DNA from: Octopus vulgaris | Lineage: Eukaryota | Direction: 5' to 3' | DNA: 64,000 bases | Assembly (NCBI GenBank): GCA_951406725.2 | Contig: OX597816.1 | Coordinates: 19,406,001 to 19,470,000, forward strand | Part shown: positions 26,982 to 41,239 of the stretch, one piece after another | Layout of the letters: each line of letters starts with the position of its first letter | Numbering within the stretch: the first letter of the stretch is position 1 | The notes under the pieces: generated by a model | Databases searched by the model: none | Seen by the model: only the letters and a program-made list of their open reading frames with translations | What the model was told of the DNA's origin: nothing | Translations under genes and position numbers: made by a program

Positions 26982-28875
26982 TATAATAAGAGAGAGAGAG
27001 AGAGAGGGGGGTACAGAAAGAAGATTCAGCATTAGAGATAACAACTTAATTTAACACAGGTTATTTACACTAGATAATTCCAGTTTAATTAGAAAGAAAA
27101 ATAATTACGATCATTATAATTAGTGACAAGTATCGATAAATTTCCACATAAGTATTATAGAATGATTCTACATAATTCTTAATCAGGTCAAACGATGCAT
27201 GCGCAGTGTATATGCATCACCTAGTATACATAAAGTCACTCGATGCTCTCACATCCCTTCCTGAGTTAATAATGAAAAATAGTGCCTCTTAGGGGTTAAG
27301 TGAGTTTCCACAGCTATATCATGTTAGAGTTCTAAAAGTTGTTAGCTCTAGGTTTTTGAAGCACTAGCATGATAATTTCCTAGTAGAATAACAATTAAAT
27401 ATTCTAAATGACATGAGATACTCGTCCTGCCTTGGTTTTGTTTTCCATTTTCCTTTTTAAAGAATATGAAATACATATATAAAATATATGTATTTTAATG
27501 TATATGTAGAGGTATACATGGACTTATTTGTTTTGGACATCAAATTCCGTAATTTTAAACTTTGTTGTAAATCTCTTTCGAAGATTCATGCAAAGTGGAG
27601 GATATATAGAAATGACCGTAGTAAAAAAGAATGATGAATAGTGACAGAAATTTGTTATATAAGTGTTGGTTATTGAAACGTTCTACAGACTTTGACAGGG
27701 AAAAGTTTATTTAAAGATATTAAAATCTTATAACTTCTGCATCACATGCGTTCCAACAAACACTACTATCGTTATATAATCAAAGGATGTTTCGACTAAA
27801 CAGCTGAAAAAGAAAACACTGAATTCGTGTTCATATTCTAAATATCTTCCATGATTATATATGCATGTATGTATTTCCCTCTCTTTCTCGCTCTCACTGG
27901 CTCTCTCTCTGTCTCTCTAATATGCATGTATATATGTGTTCATGCCCGCGTACGTGTATGTGCGTATGTGTGTGTGTGCGTGTGTGTGCGCATATGTCTA
28001 AGAATTTATTTTACCAAAATTAAAAAAGTTCCAATGCATTATTAAATGTTTTGATAACTTCAGGATTTCAAATGGAAGCATGCTCAAAATATTGGATAAA
28101 ATGTTGGTTTACGTTTAGTAAATGTTTTTATTCAGAAAGGAAATTTTAATGAAAATATATCTATTTTCAATTCCGAACCACGGGAACATATTTATAAATG
28201 TATAACAGATATATACACTCCCATATATATGAGTATGAGTGTATGCGTTTGTAGGTGTGTGTAAACACAAACATTCATGCAAACACACACACCCTTATAT
28301 ATATATATATAATAACTGACAAAGAAAGTGTACGTTGTAGGAGCCTCATACGTCGAAACCGACGGGAAGTCCATCATATATATGTATATATGTACATATG
28401 AAACATGCTCATTATACTGTGTCAATGGTTTTTCATGAATCAGTGTTAGCTTTCCTGGTAATATGCAGATTCAACTACGATGTTTGTTTTGCAACTGCAT
28501 CGAAATTTCTCGTCTAATGTAAATACTACACGAATACATCATTCCACTGTCAAACATTATATATAAGAGAGGCACTGATACATCCACGCACGCAAACGCG
28601 CGGGCACACAGGCAAACACAAGGCTACGCGTGTGTATGCATGTTTTCGCGAAAGAGAAACACAAAATCAGCAATAGTAGGCTATCTAGCTTTCCTGTGAC
28701 GCTCCCAAGTATCGTCTTGCATATGGAGACTCGATTTCATTCGGAGTCACTTGATGTCACATAATTTAGTCAGCAATATGCCACATCTGCGTTGAAAACA
28801 TGACTCATTTTCTTGGCAATATAGTATCAGCTGCAAATAGACTGTTTTGAAGTCCGACGAATTCATGTGAAACTA

Positions 28876-29441
28876 TTGGGTTGTCCGAAAAGTTCGTGAC
28901 GATTTTTAAGGGAAAGAAAACGATCTATAAATACTTGTCATTACATTTTTAATCAACCAAATATGAACCATTTTGTTGCACAATGCGTATCCATCTTCCC
29001 TTTAACTTGAAAATACCCTCTTCCCAGAAGTGAAGTGGTTTTATGTCAACGAATTCATCAAGGTATCTTTTTACGTCATCCAAGGAATTGAAATTTTTAC
29101 CATTAAGACTATTCTGCAGAGACCTGAATAAGTGGAAGTCCGAAGGAGCAATATCTGGTGCATATGGAGGGTGGGGTAACTCAATCCAGCCGAGGTGCAG
29201 CAATTTTTGTCTGGTTCCCAAAGCATCAAGTGGCGAAAAGGAACTTTCTTATCTTCCATTTTAAAGGGTTACAAAATTAACATAGGTTATAGGAATGTAA
29301 ATCTTCTTCCACGAAATGATAGCTTAAAATGTGCTCTAAATGGAGGTGTACTCAAATCCTATTTTACGGACTCAACCATGTTCTAAAATACGTCGAAAGA
29401 TAAGCTGCTATAAATCGGCACGAACTTTCCAGACAACCCAA
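28876..29441 (-). mobile_element. Internally deleted mariner transposon (mellifera-like TIR) with TA target duplication
   Basis: TIRs ttgggttgtccgaaaagttcgtgacgattt and aaatcggcacgaactttccagacaacccaa, with TA on each side. N-terminal MEDKKVPFRHLML is fused to C-terminal TRQKLLHLGW..HPPYAPDIAPSDFHLFRSL..GIFKLKGRW..QNGSY. Confidence 0.95.
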
Positions 29442-29900
29442 TATATCCAATTGAGTAAATAATTCTACATAAATATTCTACCGTTTCAAAAATATTTATG
29501 GGTGGTTTGAACCGTATGCAATCTCAAGTATAGTACCATGTAAAAAACTTGCATCTTTAGAAGACTGTTTTAGATGTATGCATGATATGTGATTGAATCT
29601 GCGATGTTGTAGCATGATTATCAATAAAATTTCAGAAGATATATTTATCGATTAATGTATCTGTCGTTCGGTTTCGCCGCCAAAATTAAGGATGCATTAC
29701 AATGTAGTAAAATTTTCCGCCTCATAAGAAGGAGGAAGTATCAGATGTCTCAATCAAGTAATGCGACAGTTCATTAGTTGACGAAAATTTTCTAGACATT
29801 TGTATGGTACGAATCGAGAATGTGTGGATACACTAGGGAAGTGAAAAAGTGTTGGTAGTTTGTGCGTGATGGAGATAGATAGAGAGGGAGAGAGAAAGGG

Positions 29901-29953
<53 letters not shown>

Positions 29954-30851
29954 GTGTGTGTGTTAGTTGAAGTAAATTGAAAAAGTCTGAGACTGAACTG
30001 AGAAAAGGATTTCATTATTTTCTATCTATATATGTGTATGTTTGTACATATGTATATGCATGTATTTGTGTGAATTTTTAGAGGCTTAGTTAGAGAGGGA
30101 AAGAAGAAATAAAATGGACAGAAAGAAACGATACTGATGCAGTTACATAGCTCCAAAATGAAAAGTTAGCTTCATGAAACCCTTATGCGAAAGAGTAAAT
30201 GTGATCCAATTGATCTTCAAACACATCTCACGATCGCAAAGTATTCAACAGAGGACAATTCCGAATTCTCCGTGAAGAACGGTAGGATTAATAGACGTTC
30301 ACTATGTAAAATCAACGACTTGACATTCTTCGACGACGATTTCCATATAAAACTTAAAAGTGAACTGTCCTTCCAAGTAAATGCTGATACCTTCCCCTAT
30401 TGCAAAGGAAATTAATTTAGGAAAGCCAACAATTCCTTTTGCAAACATAAAATAATCCACAAACAACACTTCAGACAAAAACAGAAAGACGCAGGGTTCT
30501 GCTGAGGAAGAATCTGAAAATATTTACAAACAAAAGCTACAAAATTCTGTCCCTACTACAAACGCCAAAGACATGATCTAAAAGCACAGGAAAGCAATGG
30601 AACTACATTTTATCAAAAACCTATTACTTAAATTAAAGACATAAGTAAAACAAAAAACATTTATGATCACATAAGGAGGAGGAGGAGGAGGGGTAGAAGG
30701 ACGGGGAGGCTGACGATTAGGATGTACATTCGCGTTTATATTCAGAATTATGTATGTTAAGCTTTTATTTACTTGCATTTATATGTCTATAAAAATCATA
30801 TATAGTGTATGTGTATGAGAATATATAGAAAACTACACGCATATATATGTG

Positions 30852-30911
<60 letters not shown>

Positions 30912-30912
<1 letters not shown>

Positions 30913-31105
30913 TTTATTTTAAAAAACTGTTTTGCTAAAACTGTTTTACTGTTTTAACAAAACTGTCCGACGAACGGGAACGTGAAACTCCGAGTAACAG
31001 CTTTTGTTAGATTTCTGCTGCTTTTGAATAAAGCATATTACTCTACCTATGTTATTTGAGTACTCTTTTTTCCACCTTGTTTCATATTTATGTGTTTACT
31101 CCGGT
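30912..31105 (+). mobile_element. Solo PLE terminal fragment between (TA)n tracts
   Basis: Carries a hammerhead followed by cttttgaataaag, and is homologous to the end of the PLE remnant at about 43805-43882. Confidence 0.7.
30955..31009 (+). ncRNA. Type I hammerhead ribozyme with intact helices and variant core CCGACGA
   Basis: Helix I taacaaaactgt/acagcttttgtta (12 bp with one bulge); core CCGACGA; helix II acg-GGAA-cgt; GAAA; helix III ACTC-c-GAGT; cleavage triplet GUA (after 30996). Confidence 0.75.
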
Positions 31106-31112
31106 ATATATA

Positions 31113-31201
<89 letters not shown>

Positions 31202-32056
31202 AGTACATAAACACACGTATAGTTAAATACACATATATTTACACAGATATAAATGTATATATGCATTCCAACACGACGATTCTTTTTCAGCTATTTATTT
31301 GAAATGGCAGAAATATTAAAAATTGTAAATTGGATTTGTCACAGCGAGGAAATGAGAATTGGAAATGTTGATTTTTAGAAATAATATTTTAACCGTTTAA
31401 GACTTATGTTCTCTCTCATCATTTCGTATGTTTCTTAAATGAACACTTGCCAGTCTTTTACGTTAAATTTCATATTATATTGTTCCTCCGTTTTTCTTTT
31501 ACATACCGGGATTTCTTATCTTGTTAAAATATATTTTCTTTTACTGTACTGTTATCATTTTATTTAAATGTCTTGGCGATTATATTTGTAAGTATTTTTA
31601 CGCTATGGTATTTCTGTTTTCTTTGCAGAAGATCAACTGCAGGTGTGTCTGTCCTCATTTAAGAACACTAGACGTTCTGACATTAATATGTCGCACTGAT
31701 TTTGTAGACATGTCAAAATAAAAAGAAATAAGTAAGCTCGCTTTATAATACATTTACATTTTTTTCAAAAGTAACATTATCTTGCAAAGCTACAACACGT
31801 TCATTATTTACCTAAAGATCACAGAGAGAAATAAATCTAATACTACATATCGTCTAAAGGGTAAGATGTCTGAGAGTACCGGAGGATACTAAAATCAATA
31901 ATTCAAGAAGAAAAAGATGCATCGTGCTATTATATTTCTTTAACTATTTTTTTTTACTTCATGAAGAGAATGGTTGCAGTCTCGGATATTCAACTGAAAA
32001 TAGTATTTCTGTAAAAAGTACTTCTGCCAAATTATGCATATATTATTTACCCCCGG

Positions 32057-32124
<68 letters not shown>

Positions 32125-32285
32125 TTGTGTGTGTGGAGAGAGAGAGAGAGACAGGTGTTCTCTATATAGAACTATATAGAATACATTTGGAAGTGCTCAA
32201 AAGATTTGAATTTGAGTTGGGAGATGAGTAAAGGTAATGAGAAGCAAGTTAGGCAAGTCGATTTACACAGAATATTAAATATTAA

Positions 32286-32706
32286 GGCGCAGGAGTGGCT
32301 GTGTGGTAAGTAACTTGCTTACGAACCACATGGTTCGTGGTTCATTCCCACTGCGTGGCAATTTGGGCGAGTGTCTTCCACTATAGCCTCGGGCCGAGAA
32401 ATGCATTGAGATTGGATTTGTTAGATGGAAACTGAATGAAACCCGTCGTATATATGTATATATATGTACGTGTGTGTATATGTTTGTGTGTCTGTGTCTG
32501 TCCCCCCAACATCGCTTGATAACCGATGGTGGTGTGTTTATGTCCCCGTAACTTAGCGGTTCGGCAAAAGAGACCGATAGAATAAGTACTAGGCTTCCAA
32601 AAAATAAATCATGGGGTCGATTTGTTCGATTAAAGGCGGTGCTCCAACATGGCCGCAGTTAAATGACTGAAGCAAGTAAAAGAGTAAAAGAGAGAGAGAG
32701 AGAGTA
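32286..32706 (+). mobile_element. SINE family B, full-length
   Basis: Head ggcgcaggagtggctgtgtggtaag through tail gactgaagcaagtaaaagagtaaaagag. Confidence 0.9.
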
Positions 32707-33589
32707 CGTTAAATAGAAAAATGTATACATATAAAATAGTCCAACTTACAGAATATAAATCATATCAGGATTTAAATGGCTAAAGTTTCAAGAGTCCAAG
32801 AGGTGTTTCAGGGGGCTTAGTGGTCCAGAATTATGATAATTACTTAGATTCATTGTCAGATAACACCGCCTCCTTCAGGGAGAATTTTATATTTGAGGTG
32901 TCGACAGGATATTTAATATCGAACAATGAATATGATTTCTCAACATCGCATTGTTGTTATAATCCAAGATGGTGGCAACTCCAAACGTCCCATTTGGCAT
33001 GCTTGATAATTGCCGTAATTTCTCTCGTCATGAAGCACACAAATAAAATAAACACACACGCAAACACGTACACAGACATATATATACAAACACGCAAATG
33101 CCACTTGGGAAACGTCACGATACTCAACCCTATCACTGACATGCTACATATATTTTGGGACACATGCGGAAAGGGTTCCGGTGCTATGTTTTGATTGTAA
33201 TTCTCTAATAGATTATATAATAATTAATTAGAGAAATAAAGCCTATTTTATTATACAGATATAATACAGGTAAATTTGATAGTTAATAATTATTCATCCA
33301 TGTTCTCATAAAACTGTTATAATTTTTCAATGAATGAGCACATACTGGTTTCAGATTTAATCGAAGTAACAAAGTAAGGGTGTAAATACTTTTAACATTC
33401 TTCTATAATCGTCTGTCTACACTCTTATATCTAACCAATGAATAATAGATTTTTACAACATAAGGAATTTGCAGAATACATACATGCAAGAAGAAACACT
33501 TGGCAGCGTTCTCATTTTAAGCTACTAGCTGTGTCTTTAATCCATTGCCTTTCGAGAAACATCTGATGAATAAATCATTCTACTTTATA

Positions 33590-33800
33590 AAAATGTTTTC
33601 ACGAGGCTAGCAAGGAGATGTTAGGTGCGAGAAGATTAGGTCTGGCGCAGTACTTGACTAGAACTTTTTTTCGTCCCGAAATTATGAAGCGCAAAGTCAA
33701 TCTAGATGATATTCGAACTCAAAAGTCAAATAGTCAGAAGAAACACAGCTAAGTATCCAGGCCCACGGGTTAATGATTCTGCCAGGCCAACGCTTGACAA
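33590..33800 (-). mobile_element. Old family A SINE remnant
   Basis: cgtcccgaaattatgaagcgcaaagtcaatct..ttcgaactca..gattctgccag matches family A in reverse orientation. Confidence 0.55.
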
Positions 33801-33854
33801 TAGGAAGACAAATACAATACAAACAAACAAAACTATTTATTCCTTAACAAACAG

Positions 33855-34920
33855 ACACATTTGCAAACGACGTTTCACTGGAGTTCTTCTTAACTTTAAT
33901 ATTAAAGTTAAGTTTATTCGTAAGATACTACTTAGCGATAGACTTGTTGGTTTAGAGCAAGTATACGAGGTGTATAAGATTAGGCCTTTGTATATACATG
34001 TTTTAATAGTATTAATTGTAGTTTTAAATTTCTTATAATTAAATTAGATAAACTTTGATAAACTTAGATATGTTTCGATTAAAGATTAGTCCAGGCCATG
34101 TCTAATTTAAGAGCATAACTTAGTTATTGTTTTTTTTAAATTGATATTCGCTAGTTATTCCCATTGATAATTATATTTATAGTATTTATAGTATTTATTC
34201 GATACTATATTACTATGAATTGATTATTTCTATAAGTATTTTACATAAGATTTCCGAAAGTTCATTTAAGTTTGTTTATTTGTTTTTTGAAATTAGCTAT
34301 TTCATCTTTAAATATGAAAAATTAATTTATTAGGTTTTTATTATATGTGCATATATATTTATTTATAGAGATTATTTTAGATCTTAATTATAATATTTAT
34401 ATACATTTATATGTTTTCATTGATAATTTATATATAATAGTCATTTTTAAATATTTATGTAATTAGATATAGATTAATACCGATATTAGATTATTGGTGG
34501 GTTTCCTACCTTATAAATAAAAATTAATATTTAACATTATAGTCGATTTTGATATAATCCTAATTGTTAAGTTTTATGTTTCTAGTTTGATAATAGAGTT
34601 TATTATAAGTAATATTATTATATTCTTTATATCTTAAAAATTTTGTTTAAATATTTCTTTTTTTTTTTTTTTTTTGATATTTCAATTAACCTGAAGATAG
34701 ACTGTAACCATAACTCGAATTATTAATTGAATTAAATTATTGTTATTCGAATTGTACAGCCATGAAACGATCGTAGTGTTTTACTCTTTATCTTTTATTA
34801 AACTTTTAATACTTTTGATATATATTTAACATAATATAAATTAAATTAATTATATGTATTGGCTTATGTTTTTCATTGTTTGCTTTGCCTAATAGTTGTT
34901 TTATCTCTAATTTAATATAT
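33855..34920 (+). mobile_element. Internally deleted PLE with AT-rich 3' region and hammerhead
   Basis: ICKRRFTGVLLNFN resembles the RKxTxTGxxLNF motif of PLE RT. A hammerhead sits at 34688-34780. Confidence 0.5.
34688..34780 (+). ncRNA. Type I hammerhead ribozyme with long helix II (partly decayed)
   Basis: aac-CTGAAGA-..ctgta..tcgaat...attcga..tacag..-GAAA-cgatcg-TA-gtgtt, with palindromic helix III ACGATCGT. Confidence 0.65.
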
Positions 34921-34931
34921 TTACTCAACAT

Positions 34932-35281
34932 ACATTGAAGGACACAAAATTTTCGATTTACAATATAATACAGTGAAACATTTAATATATGTGTGTATAT
35001 ATATAGGTATGTGTGTGTATGTTACCTGTTATATACACTATATTGTTTTTGCAATTTACTTGATCTTTACTTGCCAATTGTCATTCTAATTTTAACCTTC
35101 CTATGATATACAATTTTCAAGATGGTGTAACTTGATTGTTCATTTTGATTCGATAGAAGGTGGATTTTTCTCTAATATTTCATGTGTAAGCATGTATATA
35201 TATATATATAGTGACATTCAAGGACACATCTTTCGATTTACAATCTAATATAGTAGAACATTTAGGATATGTCTGTATGTA

Positions 35282-35341
<60 letters not shown>

Positions 35342-35560
35342 GTGTATAGATATGTGTATTGCCTGTTATATACATTATATTATATTATTATCTTTATAAT
35401 TTACTTCCATCTTTACCTTTTAATTGTCACTTTAATTTTAACTTTCCTATGATATACAATTTTCAAGATGGTGTAATTTGGTTATTCATTTTGAACCGAT
35501 AACAAGGTTTTTTTTCAAATATTTTATGTATAAGTCTGTGTGTGTATATATATATGTATG
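34932..35560. repeat. Diverged tandem duplication (about 280-340 bp units)
   Basis: acattgaaggacac..cgatttacaat..cctatgatatacaattttcaagatggtgtaa occurs from about 34932 and again from about 35213. Confidence 0.85.
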
Positions 35561-36364
35561 TATTGGTATAAATATCAACACACAAAAATATTTTTTTCTT
35601 CTCCACTTCCTCCCTTATTTTTATTTATTTTTTATTCATTTTTTAATATTTTATTTTTTATTTTTTTTATTTTTTATTTTTTATATTTTTAATTATTTTT
35701 TATTTTTTTATTTATTTTTATTTTTATTTTCCCTTTTCTCTTTCTTTCTCTCTCTCCTTCTCCAAACACACAGACACACACACACACACGCACACAAAAA
35801 CACACACGGACACACACACACACACACACATACCTCCACAAAACGATCATAAAAAGTGTGACCCCAAATGACATTTGTCCGGCCAGCCTACGCACAACAC
35901 ACACTCAGTGACACGAGACTGGACAGAGAGCAGAGCCAAAATTCTTAGAAAACCACAGGGGGTCCAGTAGGCCAACGGAATAACAATACTTCTTCTTCCC
36001 TATCAGATACAAATGCACACACACACACACACACACATACGCACACACACACATACACACACACACACACATACACATAAACATGTTTTCTCTGTCTCAC
36101 TTCCTCTTCACCATTTTATACTGTCTTATTCCTCCCCACCACTACCACGAAACTATAAAATGTTCAAATTACCCACAAGGAATTGATTTGATTTGAAAAG
36201 CCCACTCGATTGGGAGAAAGCGCTAATCCGAATGATATGATCTGAATGATATGATATATATGTAAAAAATGTAATATATAAATAAATATATATAAATATG
36301 AACCATCCGATCTGATTACCTTATTTTTTCTAATATATAATACCTGTACATCATCTCCAAACCT

Positions 36365-36402
<38 letters not shown>

Positions 36403-38430
36403 CTACAGCTTGCATAGCTGCATATTGATTAGTATATTATTCTAACCTTCAAAATGTTAAAGCCAACGAAACCTGGAATATATGCAAATACAAGAAGAAT
36501 TCTATTGAAGAAGATATGAGAAGGCGTAGCATAACGATAAACACCCTCATAGTTGGTAAACTGTAGTTGTTTTCAACGATGGTCTGCGTCTCACTTTCCT
36601 TTAATCTGTTCCTGGAACATTCACTTTCAATTACTCGACGAATTTGCACTTGATCGATAGTATTGTTCAGCAAGGATATTAATGCTACTATACTGGAAAT
36701 TTGCTTTATTTTGGTACGCACAGCATCTCTGATGAGAACTTCTAAAGTGAGAGCTTTTTTGGGAACTTTGTTCTATATTCTGTGTAGCGTCAATACTTGC
36801 TTTGTGTGTGTGTGTGTGTGTGTGTGAGTGTGTGTGTGAGTGTTTGTGTGAATGTGTGCGTGTGCTTGTGTGTGTGTTTTGTGGAATTATAGATATTGTT
36901 ACAGGCTGACAAATAAGGTAGATTGTCTCCCTTATAAGTTCGCAGTACCCCCGTCCAGTTTCTATATCTGAGGAAGAGATAACTACACCGAAACGATTGC
37001 TTCTCACAGATTGGATATGTGTCGCTGCGAGCTGCTTTGGGTGTACATGAACCATTTGTCTGCGGAGAGAATTTTTTTTTTTTTTTATAACAGAGAAGAG
37101 TTTATGATTTGTTTCCAAGTCCGAACCTACTTTTAGCATATTCGAACTGGTAATAACATAGCATTTATCCTTACCTCTGCTTCGCTATCTCATCTCGTAA
37201 TTTAATTACAATGTGCTGTCAGTTTGCGCTACCATCTGACTTATGTTGAGTAGAAAACATAAGAGAGATTGCTTCTCTTATCAGCTCGCGGCGCTACCGT
37301 TTCTGTGACTAGAGATGAGTTAACTACTCCAAAATGATTGCACCCCACAGTCTGGCTAGGTAGCGTATTTACACCCTATACCTACAGTAAGAAATGGTCC
37401 CCAAGACAAATCATATTGAATGACTCGTTTACGAGTCTTAACGTGCGTTTGGCATATTCGAACGAGTAATGATATTGTATTGATATATACTGTTTCCATC
37501 TAAATATGTTTTGAAAGTGTCTACAAATAAGGTTACCTTTTGGCTCCAGTGGGGGAGAATTGAAGTAGTTCCTCTACGATACATCACAAAACAGCCATTA
37601 CGCTGAGTATACGCCAAGTGCAGGGTCGATGCTTAAAACTTTAATTGTCAGTTTCCTGCATTACTGTGCGCCTATTAGCGCCAGAGTTACGCCAGAGTTA
37701 CATGGAAGCAGAGTGTATACATATTTTTAGGTGCAATATTACTATATTATTTCAGGATTTCATGATTGTTTTAGTATAAAACGAAGTGATACATCACTGA
37801 TATGGAAACTGATTTTTCATGGATGTTATTAATCCGTAGACAATTTTTGCGAAAAAACAGTGATTTCATTTGTGAAGACAGAAAACAAAACATGCTACAG
37901 AATATATATTTTGTTATATAGAGAGATATGCTGCACTGTATGAAGGCAACAGGTAATTCACAATGCAAATATTGGTAACGTAACACTTGAAGTAAGTGAA
38001 AATCGATTTGTTGATGAGGGCACAAAAATATATATTTTCACTATGTTGTGTATGAAATAATATATATTTATAATTACATTACATATTGACAAATTATACT
38101 GAATATGTAATAAATAATATAACATGGTACATTACTCTAAGTATAGTTTCAAATGTTTTTACAACTACAAGTTTAAGTGAAAAATATTTACAGTCGAAAC
38201 CGGTATGTATTATATGCAACACGACATGTCTCTTTAAATGCTTTAACTGTAGATTAGACTTGATAGTATTTCTTTTTGCAGAACTTTTACAAGACACTAT
38301 CTATTTAGCATTTGCAAATATGAACGTTTCTATAACTTCCACCCTCTCTAGCCTTCTCTCTCACTCTCATTATACGTACACTTATACATATGGGTGTGTG
38401 TGTGACTGAGTATGTGTTACTGTGTGTATG

Positions 38431-38461
<31 letters not shown>

Positions 38462-38553
38462 GAATATATGTATATATATATAGAGATATATATATGTATA
38501 TTTATGCATATATAATTATATATATATATATGAATGTATATATATATATATAT

Positions 38554-38601
<48 letters not shown>

Positions 38602-39379
38602 CATACATGCATATATATTTACATTAGCGCTGATATGTATGCATATGTAAGTGCATGGATGTATATGTATATATGTGTATGTGTGTATGTGTGAGTATAT
38701 TTGTGTCACCGTGTGTATGTATATACATATATATACATGCACACACACATATATGCATGTGTGTGAGTATATCTGTGTGCGAGTGTGTGCCTGCGTGTGT
38801 ATACAAACGTACATACGCACATACATACATACATACACACATACATACATACATGCATACATTATCTGAATTAGGCTGTGTAATTCTCATTGCCAAATCT
38901 ATGCGTTACGTTGTAACATATCATCTATTTGATTTGCATTTTTTTTTCCCTCAATGTTCGTATCTGTGTGAAAATATCTGTCTGTTCTTTTCTTGCGAGT
39001 TAGATTCAAGCGATAGTGGATTAATGAACAGTAGAAGAAATACTAAACTATTCACCATCTGTAGTAAACAAACGAGAAATCAGATTTGATTTTAAAATCC
39101 TGTAGTAATTCAACGAACATTTCTCCCCCCACCTCGCATCAGCTCTAACTCTATCTCTCACGATGCGACTCTATCTAACATAATGTCTCAGTTTCAATCT
39201 TTGATAAGTTCACGCTGAGTTGACATTAATAAGATTAAAATTCATCTAAACCAGAATAAGATGACGTTTGCAATTTCTGAAAAGTATTCTTTCAAAGGTC
39301 TTCTTTCGAAAGCATGGAATATGTGACTTGAATATCCTTAATAATACTAATGCTCATACTAGAGACGACTTATCGTATC

Positions 39380-39404
39380 TTCTTCTACTGCAACTACTAC
39401 TACA

Positions 39405-39476
<72 letters not shown>

Positions 39477-39960
39477 ACTACTACGACCACTACTACCACT
39501 ACCACCGTTACTACTACTCCTACTTTCTACTACTACTACTAGTAATAATAATACTAATAATGACGATCATTATGATGAAGATAGTGGTAGTTGTAGTTGC
39601 AGTAGTGGTAGTAGTATCAGTAGTAGTAGCAGTAGTAGTAGTATTAGTAGTAGTAGTAGTAGTATCAGTAGTAGAAGTAGTAGTTGTAATGATTAAGACG
39701 ACGACGAGGACGACGACGATGATGATGATGAGGATGGTGAATAAGATGGCGAATATAACGTTGAGCTGCTTATGATGATGAAGGCGAGGATTTGGATAAG
39801 AACAACGACGATGATGACGTTCATAATGGCCATTCGTTATTATTATAATTATCATTAGAGTGGTGTCGGCTGATATGATGCTACTGGTTATGATGACGAG
39901 GATGATGATGAAGACGAGGGGGAGGAAAAAGGGGAGAAAATTAAACGACGATGATTGCAA
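39380..39960. repeat. Compound trinucleotide microsatellite (ACT/AGT/GAT)
   Basis: Directly visible. Confidence 0.95.
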
Positions 39961-40255
39961 TAATGAATTCTATAAACAAGTATAGAGCAACAACAATAAC
40001 GATAATGCCAGTTGCACTGAAATATCTGTACTTAAAATATGATACGTTTGTACTTAAAATATTATATATGATCCGTAACGGATCAATAACGCCAGCTTTC
40101 TGAAATTACGAAGTAAAGTTATTTGGAAGTAAGATAAACGTATCTCAAATTTCTTTTCCAAACTCTTAGCGTTTCTTGGCAATAAGCTAATACCTTCTCT
40201 ATAAATATACATATGGCTGGGTGTGTATGGATTTGTGTGTTAAAGTGTGTATAAG

Positions 40256-40315
<60 letters not shown>

Positions 40316-40329
40316 TGTGTGTGTGTATG

Positions 40330-40373
<44 letters not shown>

Positions 40374-40447
40374 TACACGCAAACATCGCCACACACGTTG
40401 ACATGTATATACACTTGTACATAAAAATGCGTATACACAGGCACACA

Positions 40448-40521
<74 letters not shown>

Positions 40522-40664
40522 CAGATTATATGTTACTTAAGTTGAGGCACCGGAATCTAGTACGATATTGTCCATACAATTTCAAAATAAGGTGATTAAA
40601 ATCAAAATAGGATATCCTTGTTGCTTAATTTGATATATATATATATATATCTGTGTGTGTGTGC

Positions 40665-40731
<67 letters not shown>

Positions 40732-41239
40732 TGTAAATATATCAGGTTCTACGTGTATTTGCAAATAGAAGAGCAAGTGAGACAGATTCGTAGGATATTT
40801 CTTGTCGATGTGACGCATTGCATTATGCCAGTGCACTAGATGAACTACAGCTTAGCTGTAAACAATGAATCGAAAAGTATTTGAGTATATGAAAGAAACA
40901 TAATTCATTATTCATACACACACGCTCACATGCACTTGCGCACGCACGCATACAAACTCACAAACATATATAACTGAAAGAGACTAATGAAAATAACACA
41001 AATGAGCTGATGAAAGTAACATGCAGTTTTACTCTCCACTATCGGTACACAAACAGGGTACCTCCGCCACATTGTTTCAAATCACTGGCGGCACTTTCGA
41101 GAATCCAGTGCCACTACAGAAATAAGATTTGTCTCGGTGAACAGATGAGCAACTAGGAGAGACTACAACGGTTGAAGGTTTACTCGCTGGAGAAGTTGAG
41201 AAAGTTGTGCAGTAGGATACTTATGGAATACGATACATA

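Noticed and set aside
31629-31731. Plus-strand exon-like segment (tttctgttttctttgcag| ... |gtaagc)
   Set aside because: No recognisable coding content or partner exons. Such signals are expected by chance in 64 kb.
36449-36550. Signal-peptide-like MRVFIVMLRLLISSSIEFFLYLHIFQVSLALTF
   Set aside because: It ends in a stop with no convincing donor site. Hydrophobic runs are common in T-rich DNA.
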